Positions 23,179-36,022 of a stretch of DNA of 64,000 nucleotides are shown here, piece after piece (the stretch's first letter is position 1; each line of letters begins with the position of its first letter). Source of the stretch: Phoronis australis (lineage: Eukaryota; Animalia; Phoronida). The stretch is taken from assembly GCA_002633005.1 (NCBI GenBank), contig NMRA01000341.1:203474-267473 (forward strand). Direction: 5' to 3'. The position numbers and the translations under genes were made by a program. A model generated the notes under the pieces. It made no database searches. It was not told the origin of the DNA and saw only the letters and a list, made by a program, of their open reading frames with translations.

Positions 23179-23990
23179 NNNNNNNNNNNNNNNNNNNNNN
23201 NNNNNNNNNNNNNNNNNNNNNNNNNNNNNNNNNNNNNNNNNNNNNNNNNNNNNNNNNNNNNNNNNNNNNNNNNNNNNNNNNNNNNNNNNNNNNNNNNNNN
23301 NNNNNNNNNNNNNNNNNNNNNNNNNNNNNNNNNNNNNNNNNNNNNNNNNNNNNNNNNNNNNNNNNNNNNNNNNNNNNNNNNNNNNNNNNNNNNNNNNNNN
23401 NNNNNNNNNNNNNNNNNNNNNNNNNNNNNNNNNNNNNNNNNNNNNNNNNNNNNNNNNNNNNNNNNNNNNNNNNNNNNNNNNNNNNNNNNNNNNNNNNNNN
23501 NNNNNNNNNNNNNNNNNNNNNNNNNNNNNNNNNNNNNNNNNNNNNNNNNNNNNNNNNNNNNNNNNNNNNNNNNNNNNNNNNNNNNNNNNNNNNNNNNNNN
23601 NNNNNNNNNNNNNNNNNNNNNNNNNNNNNNNNNNNNNNNNNNNNNNNNNNNNNNNNNNNNNNNNNNNNNNNNNNNNNNNNNNNNNNNNNNNNNNNNNNNN
23701 NNNNNNNNNNNNNNNNNNNNNNNNNNNNNNNNNNNNNNNNNNNNNNNNNNNNNNNNNNNNNNNNNNNNNNNNNNNNNNNNNNNNNNNNNNNNNNNNNNNN
23801 NNNNNNNNNNNNNNNNNNNNNNNNNNNNNNNNNNNNNNNNNNNNNNNNNNNNNNNNNNNNNNNNNNNNNNNNNNNNNNNNNNNNNNNNNNNNNNNNNNNN
23901 NNNNNNNNNNNNNNNNNNNNNNNNNNNNNNNNNNNNNNNNNNNNNNNNNNNNNNNNNNNNNNNNNNNNNNNNNNNNNNNNNNNNNNNNNN
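23179..23990. other. Assembly gap (812 N)
   Basis: Run of n. Confidence 1.
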
Positions 23991-24458
23991 AGGGCGTCTA
24001 CATTAGTGCAAGGGCGTCTACATTAGTGCAAGGGCGTCTACATTAGTGCAAGGGCGTCTACATTAGTGCAAGGGCGTCTACATTAGTGCAAGGGCGTCTA
24101 CATTAGTGCAAGGGCGTCTACATTAGTGCAAGGGCGTCTACATTAGTGCAAGGGCGTCTACATTAGTGCAAGGGCGTCTACATTAGTGCAAGGGCGTCTA
24201 CATTAGTGCAAGGGCGTCTACATTAGTGCAAGGGCGTCTACATTAGTGCAAGGGCGTCTACATTAGTGCAAGGGCGTCTACATTAGTGCAAGGGCGTCTA
24301 CATTAGTGCAAGGGCGTCTACATTAGTGCAAGGGCGTCTACATTAGTGCAAGGGCGTCTACATTAGTGCAAGGGCGTCTACATTAGTGCAAGGGCGTCTA
24401 CATTAGTGCAAGGGCGTCTACATTAGTGCAAGGGCGTCTACATTAGTGCAAGGGCGTC
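23991..24458. repeat. Perfect 20-bp tandem array, at least 23 copies
   Basis: (AGGGCGTCTACATTAGTGCA)n with no spacers. Confidence 0.98.
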
Positions 24459-26238
24459 CAAATGGACGCCCAGGACGTACGCTGCATGAAGGCCTGTCTC
24501 ATCATACACAAGCATGTATCATGAAACTATGCAACTGCGCTACATGTCCATGGAAAATTGAGACCCTTGGAAGTAGAACCTGGAGATTTTTTCAAGTTGC
24601 GATTTTCGTGACTGCTTTTTACATGGACATTTTGGGTTTGGAGGGGGTAACTGGCACACATAGTGGCCTAGAATTTTGCATAACCTTGTAAATCATTGGT
24701 GCCATTCACACACTGACACAACAAGCCTTTTGAAGTAGACATGCAAGGGCAGTGAAAATGGGTCTCTGTGAATCCTGCTTTTCCTCACACAACTGTACCA
24801 GTTGGCCTGAGTAAGTAAAGTTAACAGAACTTAACAAAGGGTTTATGGTCCAGGCTGGGGAAATAACCACAGCTTAAATACTCCAAAATCCATCAGAGCT
24901 TTTCCTGTAGCAGACGCTATTGAACGTCCTATAGGCGTTCTGCGCGCATCTTTTGAACAACTGCGGTAAAGTCGTCACGTCGTCTGCAAACATGAATGCT
25001 CATGTACAGTAATGTGCTACAATAAATTGCAGCAATACCCGCAAGTGATTTTACCATAAGTGCTTCCGAAGATGTCGAAATTTTGATTCACTACCGGCTT
25101 TTCACCATTCACTGCATAGATAACTTCACATCGATAAAAGGACTGGTTTACTTAATATCTATCTATGCCAAAACTTCAGTTCAAGATTGATAACATGTGT
25201 GACAAGGTATAATTGTCCACAGCAGAATGTTCACAGCTGACTGTCCTAAGGTATATTGAACAATCCTTTAACCAGAGTCACAGGTTTTCAGGTACCACAG
25301 CTTATTATTTGATCAGGGGTAACCAGATTGTATCACTCTGGGGTAGCTGAAATGAATGGCATCCTGAAAGCACTTTCGCAATGAATGGAGGGAGTATACG
25401 CAAAATTGGAGTGAGTTTTTGACCACAGGAAGGCTTTTTTCCTAATGAAAAGAGACGCCATGGCAACATTGCGCCCACTTCCAGTGGCTACGCCAGCACC
25501 CTCTGGATATCTGCTCGTTTCCTAATTTTTCTTTTCTGGAGTAGAATATGTTGTTTTCAAGTGTTCTACCAGTTGAACAGTCCACTACAAAAATTCTGCG
25601 ATGAGCTTAACAGTTAAGACATCTTTTAAGATGGTCATTAAAACGGTTATGATTCAGATTTAGGTATCTTTATCAAATACAATTTGCATGCACATTTTTA
25701 TTAAGTTATCATACCAGCAGCTTACCGTAAATATATTACTCATCCCCCGAACATACTCCTTGACTCCATTAATGTAACACAAGACATAACGGCCAGCATG
25801 CTGATGCATCTGCTTGTCATGGAAATGCACATGCCGCTCTTGGTTATAATCACAGTAGTATGACCTGTCAGCCTTTGCCCAGGCTACATAGTCTCGGAAG
25901 TTTGTAAAGTCAACCTGAAATTTTGATATAACAACAATAAAAGTTAATTACTGTGAAGTAAGTATAATGTGGACCCTGGTAAATTAATGACTTTTGCTTT
26001 GTACAAAAACATTAAATATACTAATTGTACAAAAATAGCAATGGTGATATCACAATCAATATTAAAAGTTTGAATCATTCAAGACGGATTTGTATGTTAA
26101 AATATATTTGTCAGGAATAGCCTGATGCTCGTTTCAGATCCATATTTTAGTTGGGTGATCGATTGGCACTAGACTGTCACAACATAGTTAAGTCAGAGTC
26201 AGACCACTGATTATGCAATCTTTAAAGCGAAATACTTG

Positions 26239-26535
26239 AGAACATTCTAGTATTTTCTAGCATGCTGGTGATTGATATAGAACCATGTTCTGACACATTC
26301 TAGAAGACTTGCATGTATTTATAGAGTGAATGTGGCGAAAATCCAGAAAGTTCTAGAATGTCTTTTAAGACATATATGACTGTACTTCGGGAGCAAGTGT
26401 CGTGCATTCAACAAATTCTGTGTAAGACATATATAATTAAAATTATTATATTCAATTGGTGAATGTTCCAAAACATTGAGAAAGACTATAAATACTCAGG
26501 CATGAGTACATGAAACAAGTTAGAGAATCAGTAGT
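26239..26535 (+). promoter_or_regulatory. Heat-shock-element cluster plus TATA box (probably TE-borne)
   Basis: AGAAAGTTCTAGAAT (26345), GAACATTCTAG (26240), TTCTAGAA (26298), GAATGTTC (26461); TATAAATA at 26487; TCAGT at 26528. Confidence 0.4.
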
Positions 26536-27192
26536 TACAGTGGAATGTCTCTTAATCTTCTTAAAATGACCCGGTCCACTATCACGTGAGAGGAGCAAAT
26601 TCACATTTGTTTGAATTTGGGCTAAAACGACATTTTGTCATATTTTCAACTGCATTGACCAGGACAATTAAAGTCCATTCAATCTGAACAGGCTTTGACA
26701 AATTGTTTAGCCTGTGTTCATAAAGGTCAAAAATGTCTATTTTATGGAACACCCATTCAAAAGACTAGTGAACTTGGAATATGGCCACTTCACAGAATAC
26801 TTCTCAAGTTCAATGACTGGATTTCAGAGATCATAAACAAAGCATGCTATTGTGAGCATCTGGTGTTAAGTAAGTGATGGTTAAAAAATTTACAATTTTC
26901 ACCTTTGAACAGGGTGTGATAGTGACTTGAGAGTTCAACACACAAGTCAAGGCTTTGCAAACTTGGCTGGTGCATATTAGAACAGACGTTACATCAGATG
27001 TTCTGTTTTAATAGATTTGAGTACACACGATCTAGATTTAACTCGAATTAGTCTTTATCACAGTGAAAGCACTGGTAAGAAATGACTAACCCATGGGGAA
27101 AATGTGACAATACTAATTTTGTACAAGTATATTCTTGTACCGAAATAAAGTGATATCAAAATTCAAAATCAATCCCAATAAAGATATTATAC

Positions 27193-29294
27193 CAGGGCTC
27201 AACACTAACGGTTGCCCGATTGCCCGTGTACATGTAGATTTTGCGTCGGGCAAGTGGNAATCCCAATAGCCTTTGCGCACCCTAATTTCCGGACATGCGC
27301 AATCGTTAAATCGATTCGGTTGCAACTCCGCTATTCAGGGCTCAACACTAACGGTTGCCCGATTGCCCGTGTACATGTAGATTTTGCGTCGGGCAAGTGG
27401 AATTTGAAAAGTACTTGCCCTATGGGCAAGTTAAAAAGCTGGCCATATAGGCAAGCAGATCCTAAGATTGTCTGCTTGACATTTGCTCCGAAGTAACGAA
27501 CCCCGACACAAGCCTAAAAACCATCGAAAAAAGCTCGTGTGGCCGTCAAAGAAACTCCCGTATTCGAATGAGCACTGAAAGGAAAATAGAACGAGTGTGA
27601 TGCAGCATGCACAGATGACACCCGCGGTCAAATCCTTTTGATTCTCTGAACGTGCCCTGCAGTTTCTGAATAAGTTGTCACGTGATACTACTGATCGTCT
27701 GCACTCTGGCAAAACGTCTAAACAAGGAAGCCGCCCAGATGCTAAAAAAACGAGTTCAGGAAGAATCAAAGCAACAATATGAAACGAAAAGAGTGCGGGG
27801 ATGGTTTCCGTCATGGGACGTTAGGTTTCCTGGCCTGCGAGACAGTGAACAAGGGATGACGTATGATTTTTGCCGGCTTTTACCCATGTACCGAGCTGGA
27901 AGCACCGCGTGTTGGCGGATGTAAGTCGTACAGATAAGCGCAAAAGCTAAAAAGTGAATGATTGACCACATATTTTCTACACTACACAGCAGTTTTAAAG
28001 GCCTGGTATTTATTCAGGGGGAATTCCAAAGGAAAATCTTATGAATTCCCGGCTCCCGCTGGTGACTCCCGAAAGAAGNTAATTATTTATTGAAAATAAA
28101 AGTATATGTGGCATTATTATATGTTAAAATTTGATTTTAATTTAATACAAGGTTCTGATGACCAAAACTGTGCAAGATTTTTACGGATAGCAAAAATTCA
28201 AATTCAGGTTAAGCAAAGTTTAATGCATGAGGGCGTATAAACTAATGAATACACAGAAGTGTCTAGAGTTCATGTCCTAGCTCATTTCGGTGCCTGTGAA
28301 CGTGATACAATGGTTTTGATACCATAGTTACTCTTCTAATTTGTCTCTCTAACGTTTTGACACACCTTATAAATAAATGTTCTATAAGAAGAATCGTTAA
28401 AAAATAGCAACTCATAGCATAGACCCTATTCACGCCAACAGGAGACGCGTTCCAAAACGAGGCTCGCTACGATAGCTCTGGTGGCTCATCCGCGTATGTA
28501 CTCCGCGTCGCTCGAACACTAAGCTAGAAAAAATACGGACACTCTGTTTTACAATCCCTAAGGACGTTGGGATTTGGAAGCGTTGGGTCCTTGCCATACG
28601 CCACGACGAAGGAAAATATGTCCGTGTAAAATTTATAACTGTTTTCGAATCATAATTTGTCGCATCTCGGACTGGATGCCGCCAAAGCAACGAGGACCGG
28701 AGAATCTTCGGCCAGCCAGGCTGTGTTTTCATGACTATGGGTTGAAGCGCGATGCATTTTTCTTTACAAAAAGGACTGGGCCCTCAATCCCTCAATTTTG
28801 GGGCCAGATATCGGCCCTATTCCCCTCTCAAAAATATTGAAAAATCACACGAAATTTCCGGCCACGAGGCCTAAAAATCCCCTTTAGTAATTGTGATTGA
28901 AAATTTCTCTCCAACGGTTCAAATCACCTGTGGCCACAGAGGTGACAGTTTGAAAATGTACAAAATCATAGGCGGATTTAGAGGGGGGCAGGGGCCCGCT
29001 CTCCCCCCCTTGACTGCCGCAAGCAAAATAAACCAGCAAAGCGTGAAGTGGGAGGTGACTTCTGAGTTCGAGCTAGGACCGGTAGTGGACAAGGGAGGAA
29101 AACACGCTCCGTTTTATTTTTTTTAGTCCNGGCTCAGCGCAGGCAGCCCTACGGTAACACATTACCTAGGTGTGCACATGCACGGTGCTATTTGGGATTG
29201 TACTTGAGGCAAGTGAATTTGTTGTTCGGGCAAGTAAAAATTTCAACTACTTGCACGAAGGGCAAGTGGCTTAAAAAGTTAATGTTGAGCCCTG
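27193..29294. mobile_element. hAT5-like non-autonomous DNA transposon (5-bp TSD) with nested fragments and single-N joins
   Basis: TIRs CAGGGCTCAACACTAAC / GTTAATGTTGAGCCCTG; TATAC on both flanks; left end duplicated at 27336. Confidence 0.8.
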
Positions 29295-29897
29295 TATACC
29301 TAGGGCAAACTTACTTATTTGTTCTGGACAACACACTTTCCAATATATCATGTATTAAGTATTAATAACAAATGGATGTAATGTCAGACACTGGGACTAC
29401 TAAGCACATGAACACATCATATTGATATCTACTCCTTAAAGTTAGTTACTGAAAGTAACTTACTTTGTACAATCCAATCCAGTCCTTGTCATTCACACTA
29501 GCGCCCTCTTTGAACCGGTAGTAACATTTGACATCTTTCTTAGTAATCCACTGATAGATACTCTTGAATGTAACATCCGGAGGAGAGGGACTACGAAGAA
29601 CCTGCAAGAATTATAAAACACCTTCCTCTTTACCAAGAAACACCTTAATTTTGCTGATGAAGTGCTCAAAAATGTATTGTCCAAATTTCACATTTGGAGA
29701 CTGTACAGATCACTGTCAGTGTCCATCTGTTCATTGGACAAATAAGGGCACAGAGAGAAAAACATGCTAAACTTAAGGAGAAAATGTCCAACTAGCAAAG
29801 AACCATCTTAGGAGATAGAGAACAAATTACTTCAGTCAACAATTCATTGAACTTTTTAGACACACTGAATACACCACAAGAGCAAAGCAGCTGACAT

Positions 29898-30072
29898 GAC
29901 CCCACTGTGAGCATTACATATGACCCACTGTGAGCATTACATATGACCCCACTGTGAGCATTACATATGACCCACTGTGAGCATTACATATGACCCCACT
30001 GTGAGCATTACATATGGCCCAACTGTGAGCATTACATATGACCCCACTGTGAGCATTACATATGACCCCACT
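29898..30072. repeat. 23-24-bp minisatellite, about 7 copies
   Basis: TGACCCCACTGTGAGCATTACATA units. Confidence 0.95.
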
Positions 30073-30289
30073 CCTCAATAGGAACACATGTCACCATTCA
30101 TAATGATTGCTCAACAAGATTGGAGGATACTGGCAGGCAGACAGTAAAAGACACAAAACCAATAGAAAGCAATGTAGGTCAAATCCATCTAGAACAGGGC
30201 CAGTGTTGTCTGCGTTATAGTAATTTGCCAAATTATAAGAACTTGTTCCATCAAGGAACTTGGTAGATACATTGCACATAATTATATAA

Positions 30290-31515
30290 GGCAAACTCAA
30301 AGGAAAACAAAAATTGCCACATGTTCACTTGACTCTGCAGTGGACGTCTTTGGCCCAAAATCCACGTCAGTTGTACTCTGCTCTACAGAAACACATAAAG
30401 CTCCATCAAGGAACTTGTATTGAGCCACTGGCAAAACAATGCCACAAAAAGGCGCTATAGCAGATGGACCTGTTCAAAAATAGTCGGCAGCCACGCACTT
30501 CCCACAAGTACACAAAAATATATATATGCCAATTTTCATAACTATCTACAGTCTGTGTGATTTGGCTGACAGAGGGGCAGATGCCAAAACTGAAAGCCAA
30601 AAAATGATAAATATGGCCACTAGGTGGCATATAATACGTCATATCAATCAGAAAATGGGAAGATGTCATCGTCTATTTAATGGAAACAAATTTGTCAAGT
30701 TTCATAAAAATCTTTGAAGGAGCTCTTTAAGATGCTGTCTCATTAAAAATGTAAATATTTAAATTTGTAGCAAGCACCACCTAGTGACTTCCTGCAGAAC
30801 TGTGTGTACAAGTAAAGCCAGGAAAAGAATCAATTTGTAAATAAATTGTGGTTTTAAAGAAAACGCCGCAACTGATACACCAAAAAACAAGTGAGAACAT
30901 ACATTTACGGTAATTCAAAATCAGTTACCACTTTCATAGAAATACATTATTTGCTAAAAATTTTTAAAAAGTTCCTACAAATTGTTCATGTGATACAGAC
31001 ACAGACACAAAAAACAAAACTGCCACTGGGAGGCACTATAGTAGTTGAAACCCACTAAAAATCATCTTTAATTGCCCTGTTCCCAATAAGAACAAAATCA
31101 CCTAACCATCCTTAAAGTGGTTTAGCCGATGGATAGACAGACACCAGAAACAAGATTAAAAAAATTGTAAAAACTGCCACTAGGTGGCACAGAATAGGTC
31201 AAATACATCTAAAAAATATTGCCATTCCTAACAGATAGTTATTTGCTAAATTTCTCGAAAATTCATTACGGACCTCCAAAGACACAGAGGTCAACATAAA
31301 AAATAGGTAAGCCAATATCAGGCTGACTGGTAGTACTGAGAATCCATCTGGAAATTTGCTTATGCCATGCCACCCCATCCATGAAAGGAGCATGTCTGCA
31401 AAATTTCACAAGCATCCATTTAGGGGCTTTAAGAGATACAGTGGTGGCTGCCGCATGCCATCTAGATGATTACGACGGTATAATGCATCCACATATAAAT
31501 ATATGGGTGCATAAA
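30290..31515 (-). mobile_element. HINE-like element (reverse orientation)
   Basis: End ATGCATCCACATATAAATATATGGGTGCATAAAA is the reverse complement of the 34230 and 8079 5' ends; GCCACTAGGTGGCA motifs at 30616 and 31176. Confidence 0.55.
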
Positions 31516-33495
31516 AGCTTATCAATCTTATACTATTGTTACTTGGTATGCTGGACTGAAATTAAATTCCTAGATCTTCGGAGACGTCTCATCTCCTTCA
31601 AACCAGTGAATGAGCTTTTTATCTGCATAGGGGTAGAGGAGGCTATCTAAGTCCACAGGGGTGGATCCAGGATTTTGAGTTAGGAGGGGGCCAGGGCAGA
31701 GTATTAGTCAGGATTTTGGCCGTCAGACATTCGCACCCCCAAACTGCCAAATGGTATCTGGTAGAATTTTAGGGGGGCCAGGGCCCCCTTGGGCCCTAAA
31801 AGCTCCTCTTAATAAGCTAGGTGGCACCACATTCAAATTGCCAATGCAGCAAGACATTATCCACATGACCGGAGTTCCCGCCACTAGTAGTTGTCAACAT
31901 AATCACATCGAAGGAGATAAGACGTCTCCAGGTAAGTAGGAATTGGGTAAATGCAGTACAGCAGACCAGGTTCAAGTAACAATAGAATGCATTACCTGGA
32001 TGGCTCAAGAACTATATTTCATTATAAATCTTCTAAATGACAAACAAACACTCCTCTCAAATTTTTGCCAAAACATTGATTTCAACTTGATATCTTGCAT
32101 AGTACGTAGGTTATATGTGATTTCTGACCTAATTGAGAAAATGAAGACTATACAATGTAAATTGGCCTTTGAAAGTCCCAACTGTATGCCTCCAAAGCAA
32201 TATAGATATCAGCTAGTTGAGGAATGCATGTAGGTTGGGCTGCATTCCCTTTAGCAAGTACGTTGCAAGTTTGGCAATTTATAAAAAATTATTGAACCGG
32301 AAGTCACTTTCAAGATGGCGGCTGTGCCGCATGTTCGCACAGTTACAATCGCTCTGGTGTCGTATTTTTAACGGGAAGAGCAAATGACTTGAATTTTTGC
32401 ATGTGGATTCCTGGTGTCGCATTTTTAACGGGAAGGGGAAATGACGTGAATTTTTGCATGTGGATTCCTTGAAGTATGGCCTTTCAAAAATTCTGCGAGA
32501 GCGTATTTCTCAGACTTACCGTTTTCGAGTTATTTGACTTTGAATTTCAAAAAAAACGGCAAATTTTCAATTTCTCGAAATTTTTTTGGATTTTTGCCAA
32601 ACTACCACTTTAGATAGAGTTTTGAACGGGCTTTCAGAAGATATTTTCCATTTTGCGCTACGACGTCTACTTTTTGAATTAGGATTCGAGATTTTCGGAT
32701 ACCGTTGTTCCTTTGGTCACCTATGCAAGCACGCAGTTGGCTGGCTTTCAGTTCACTTTGTTTTGGTTATGCCTAGTTGACCCAGACTGACCCAGCCAGC
32801 ACTGTTCTACTGTAGACTGGACCGTCATGTTGCGCCATCTATTGTTCTTTATTGTAGTTGATTGTATGCTCTCCATTTGATTTCTTCGTTAGTCATATGA
32901 ATGTTATCGTGTTATTCATAATTGCCGTCTTGATTGTCATGATTGTCGTCGTCTCCCGCATCGTCGTCTTTTCGATTAATTCTGCCAAGTGTCGCTCCTC
33001 CGAGCGCTCTCGTTTTTATGTCTGTTTCTTTCCATTAATTTACTTATCTTCCAAAACTACACAAAGAATCGTCACAAAATTGGGCAGATAAGTTCCTTGT
33101 GAGGTGTGAGCGGCCAACATAAAATTTCTGAAAATCTACCTGTGACGACTGCTGGAGGCAATTTTAGTTTCCTTTGGATCTGCCTCAATAGCTACCAAAG
33201 ATCTTCATGAAACTTGGGTTATGTGATGTGGATGAGGTGAACATACCTGAGTTTATTTTTAGGCAGATTCGGCTGATGTGGTGCCTCATAGTGGCAATGT
33301 TTTTTGCTTACATCAATATCTCCCATGTTCCTTGATCATTCTAAATAAATGTCTGTGATTGCAGTGCAGTGCTTTTACTAGCTGTTCCACTATTCAATGA
33401 TAATCAAACTTCACATTTCATCTCTAATAGCAATGTTTATCCAAGCTTTTTCTGTTAATCTGTTGTACGTCACTACACATGATTGGTTATTCCAG

Positions 33496-33669
33496 ATTTT
33501 AAACCTGGCACATTGCCAATGTAGCATTTGCAAAGACTGCATGATCCAGTACTTCACTGTAGCTGTGAAAGAAAAGCATGTGAGAGACTTTGTGTGTCCT
33601 GTTTGCCAGATACCTGACATTGACAATGAAGACGTAGCGGAAACTCACCTGCAGTTTTTGGATAACATG
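33496..33669 (+). CDS. RNF31: RNF31/HOIP exon (RING1)
   Basis: ttccag|...|gtaagt; ILNLAHCQCSICKDCMIQYFTVAVKEKHVRDFVCPVCQIPDIDNEDVAETHLQFLDNM resembles human CECTICPDCFRQHFTIALKEKHITDMVCPAC. Confidence 0.95.
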
Positions 33670-34229
33670 GTAAGTATAAAAATCTCACAAATTTCCGACA
33701 AAAATAATTGCAAAATACCATTTCCTCTTTTTCAAAGACTTCTAACATTTTTACAATGTCCACAATTTCTAAAAAGCCTTGTCTGATATCAGCTATGTTA
33801 TTGTGCCTTCTAATTGTCACTACTCCAAGGTCATGACCTTTTGCGCTTGGAACAGTTCAAAATATTTACAAAATAGGGATGCATTCCTCCTCTTAATGAA
33901 TTTCAAATTAGAAAATAATTTCTGTAACCTTAACAGTAACACTGACGATTGAACGGGTGACTTGACAAAGAGTTTTCAATAAAAATTTCTAGAATCGTGC
34001 ATTTTAATTTGACTGTCTGTAATTACTTATTGCTCAATATTATTTTGACTGTTCATGTAATTGGGTAATAAACCTTATATGCTATTTTGTGCATTTTACA
34101 TTGCTATAGCATCTACCTAGGAAATGGAGATTTACCACAGTATAAAAAGTATTCTTGAATGGTCAGATCTTGTCAGTTTCTGCGGTTTATTTATTTCGTA
34201 TTATTTTGTATCACTGTATGATTGTGGTT

Positions 34230-35935
34230 TTTTATTATGCACCCACATATTTTTATGTGGGTGCATATTGCCGTCATCTCTGTCTGGACGACCGGATCTT
34301 ATTAAAATTTAGCAACAGAGGGTGACAAGTTTCGGACTGACCCGAATACCGTTGTGCCCCCTAGTGGCAATTTTAGTTTTTTACGTTACTTTGCTTCTGT
34401 ATCTTCAAATGTCCTCAACCGATTTTCATGAAATTTGGCACATAGACATCTACTAATGAGGTAACTCTATCCTTTCGTTTTTGGATGGATTCGAGGCATT
34501 TTGTGCCATCTAATGGCCATTTTTACTATTTTCGAGTCCATTTTTGGTGTCCGCCCCCCTATCAACCAAACCACTCTAAGGATGATGGCAAAAATTGGCA
34601 TGTATGTTTTTACTATGAAGAAGACAGTTGACGATGATTTTCCGACGACTTCGACTACTGTGGGGCCTCCTAGTGGCAGTTTGGTTTGTTTTTGCGCCCA
34701 TGGCGGTATCTCCTAAATGCTCTACAGGATCTTTATTAAATATAAAAAATGTTTTCATGTGAAGTTGACAACAGACGACGACGACTTTCGGACAGATCGG
34801 ACTACAGGTGTGTCCTCTAATGGCAATTTTATTTTTTTACGTTTACATGTGTATCTTCAAAGGTCCTCAATGGATTTCTATAAATTTTGGCTCATAAGCA
34901 TCTATTATTGAGATGACGCTATCCTCCCATTTTCGGATGGATTCGAGGTATTTTGCGCCACCTAGTGGCCATTTTTACTGTTTTTGAGTCTGTTTTTTTG
35001 GCGTCCGCTCTCCATCAACTGAACCACTCTGAGGATGATTGTTAAAATTGGCATGTATGTTCTTACTATGAAGAGGACGGGTAATGATGATTTGCCGATG
35101 ACTTTGACTACTGTGGCGCCCCCTAGTGGTAGTTATGTTGGTTTTTGCGCCCATGGCTGTATCTCCTAAATACTCTACAGGATTTTTATTAAATGTAGCA
35201 AACGTGTATATATGAAGTTAACAACGGAAGACGATGACTTTCAGATGGGTTCGACTAACATTGCCCCCTAGTGCCAATTAATCATTTTTTCCTCTGTTTC
35301 TCTGAAGTTTCTGGACGAATTTTCATGAAATTTGTTAAATAGCTTTCTTTTCAAGAAACGGTAACATTTTTCAGTTTTCAAATGGATTCGACATATTTTG
35401 CGCCTTCTAGTGACCATTTTTACTGTTTTCCAGTCTGTTTTTGCCGTCCGCCCTCTGTCAACCAAACTCTTAGGATGATTGTGAAAATTGGCTTATATAT
35501 TCAATTTGTTAGTGTGAAGAGGACGGTTGACAATGATTTTCCGGCTTCAATTACTGTGGTGCCTCCTAGTGGTAGTATTTTGTGCCCTTAGCTGTATCTC
35601 CTAAGCCCTCTGCAGAATGTTTATTAAAGTTAGCATGTGTATTTATCTGACATTGACAACGGAAGACGACAATTTTCTGACAGATCCGATGAACCTTTGT
35701 CTCCTAATGGCAATTTCATTTTTTTCCGTTTTGCTAAATTTTCTTGATGGATTTTCAGGAAATGTGGTAAATAGCTTTCTTTTAAAAAATGGTGACATTT
35801 TTCAGTTTTTTTGATGGATTTGAAATATTTTGCACTATCTAGTGGCCATCTTTATGATACAAATAAACACCCTAGAAGCACACCATTTGTGGTACATTCG
35901 TGGGTGCATTTCAACACTCTGCGTTGCTCTCGTTA
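34230..35935 (+). mobile_element. HINE-like element with an internal ~150-bp monomer and ~450-bp higher-order array
   Basis: 5' TTATGCACCCACAT...GTGGGTGCAT; 11 monomers, each with a GYGCC.CCTAGTGG-like motif; 3' GTGGGTGCATT...CTCTCGTT. Confidence 0.7.
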
Positions 35936-36022
35936 CGTCTTCACGTGATAATGTTTTCAACTGAAGGCTATTATATGTTTTTGTTCCCAACTGTTTTAAT
36001 CTTTGTTTTTTTATTTAATTAG

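Larger units (their letters stand above)
22615..24496. mobile_element. Non-autonomous hAT element spanning the N gap
   Basis: TIRs CAGGGCTTCAT / ATGAAGGCCTG; perfect 8-bp TSD TCTCATCA (22607-22614 and 24497-24504). Confidence 0.85.

Noticed and set aside
23174-24046. 290-aa ORF
   Set aside because: Translation of the N gap.
23991-24458. CRISPR-like array
   Set aside because: Head-to-tail identical 20-mers with no spacers, no cas genes, eukaryotic context.
24900-25100. MFADD reverse-transcriptase motif on the minus strand
   Set aside because: Flanking RT motifs could not be recovered.
29560-29890. Penelope GIY-YIG remnant (FIGQ...EKH)
   Set aside because: Similarity is too weak to support by eye.
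31860-31937. Strong donor CAG|GTAAGT as a missing HOIP exon
   Set aside because: No HOIP-like peptide; the sequence is the inverted-repeat end of a MITE (mirror at about 31580).
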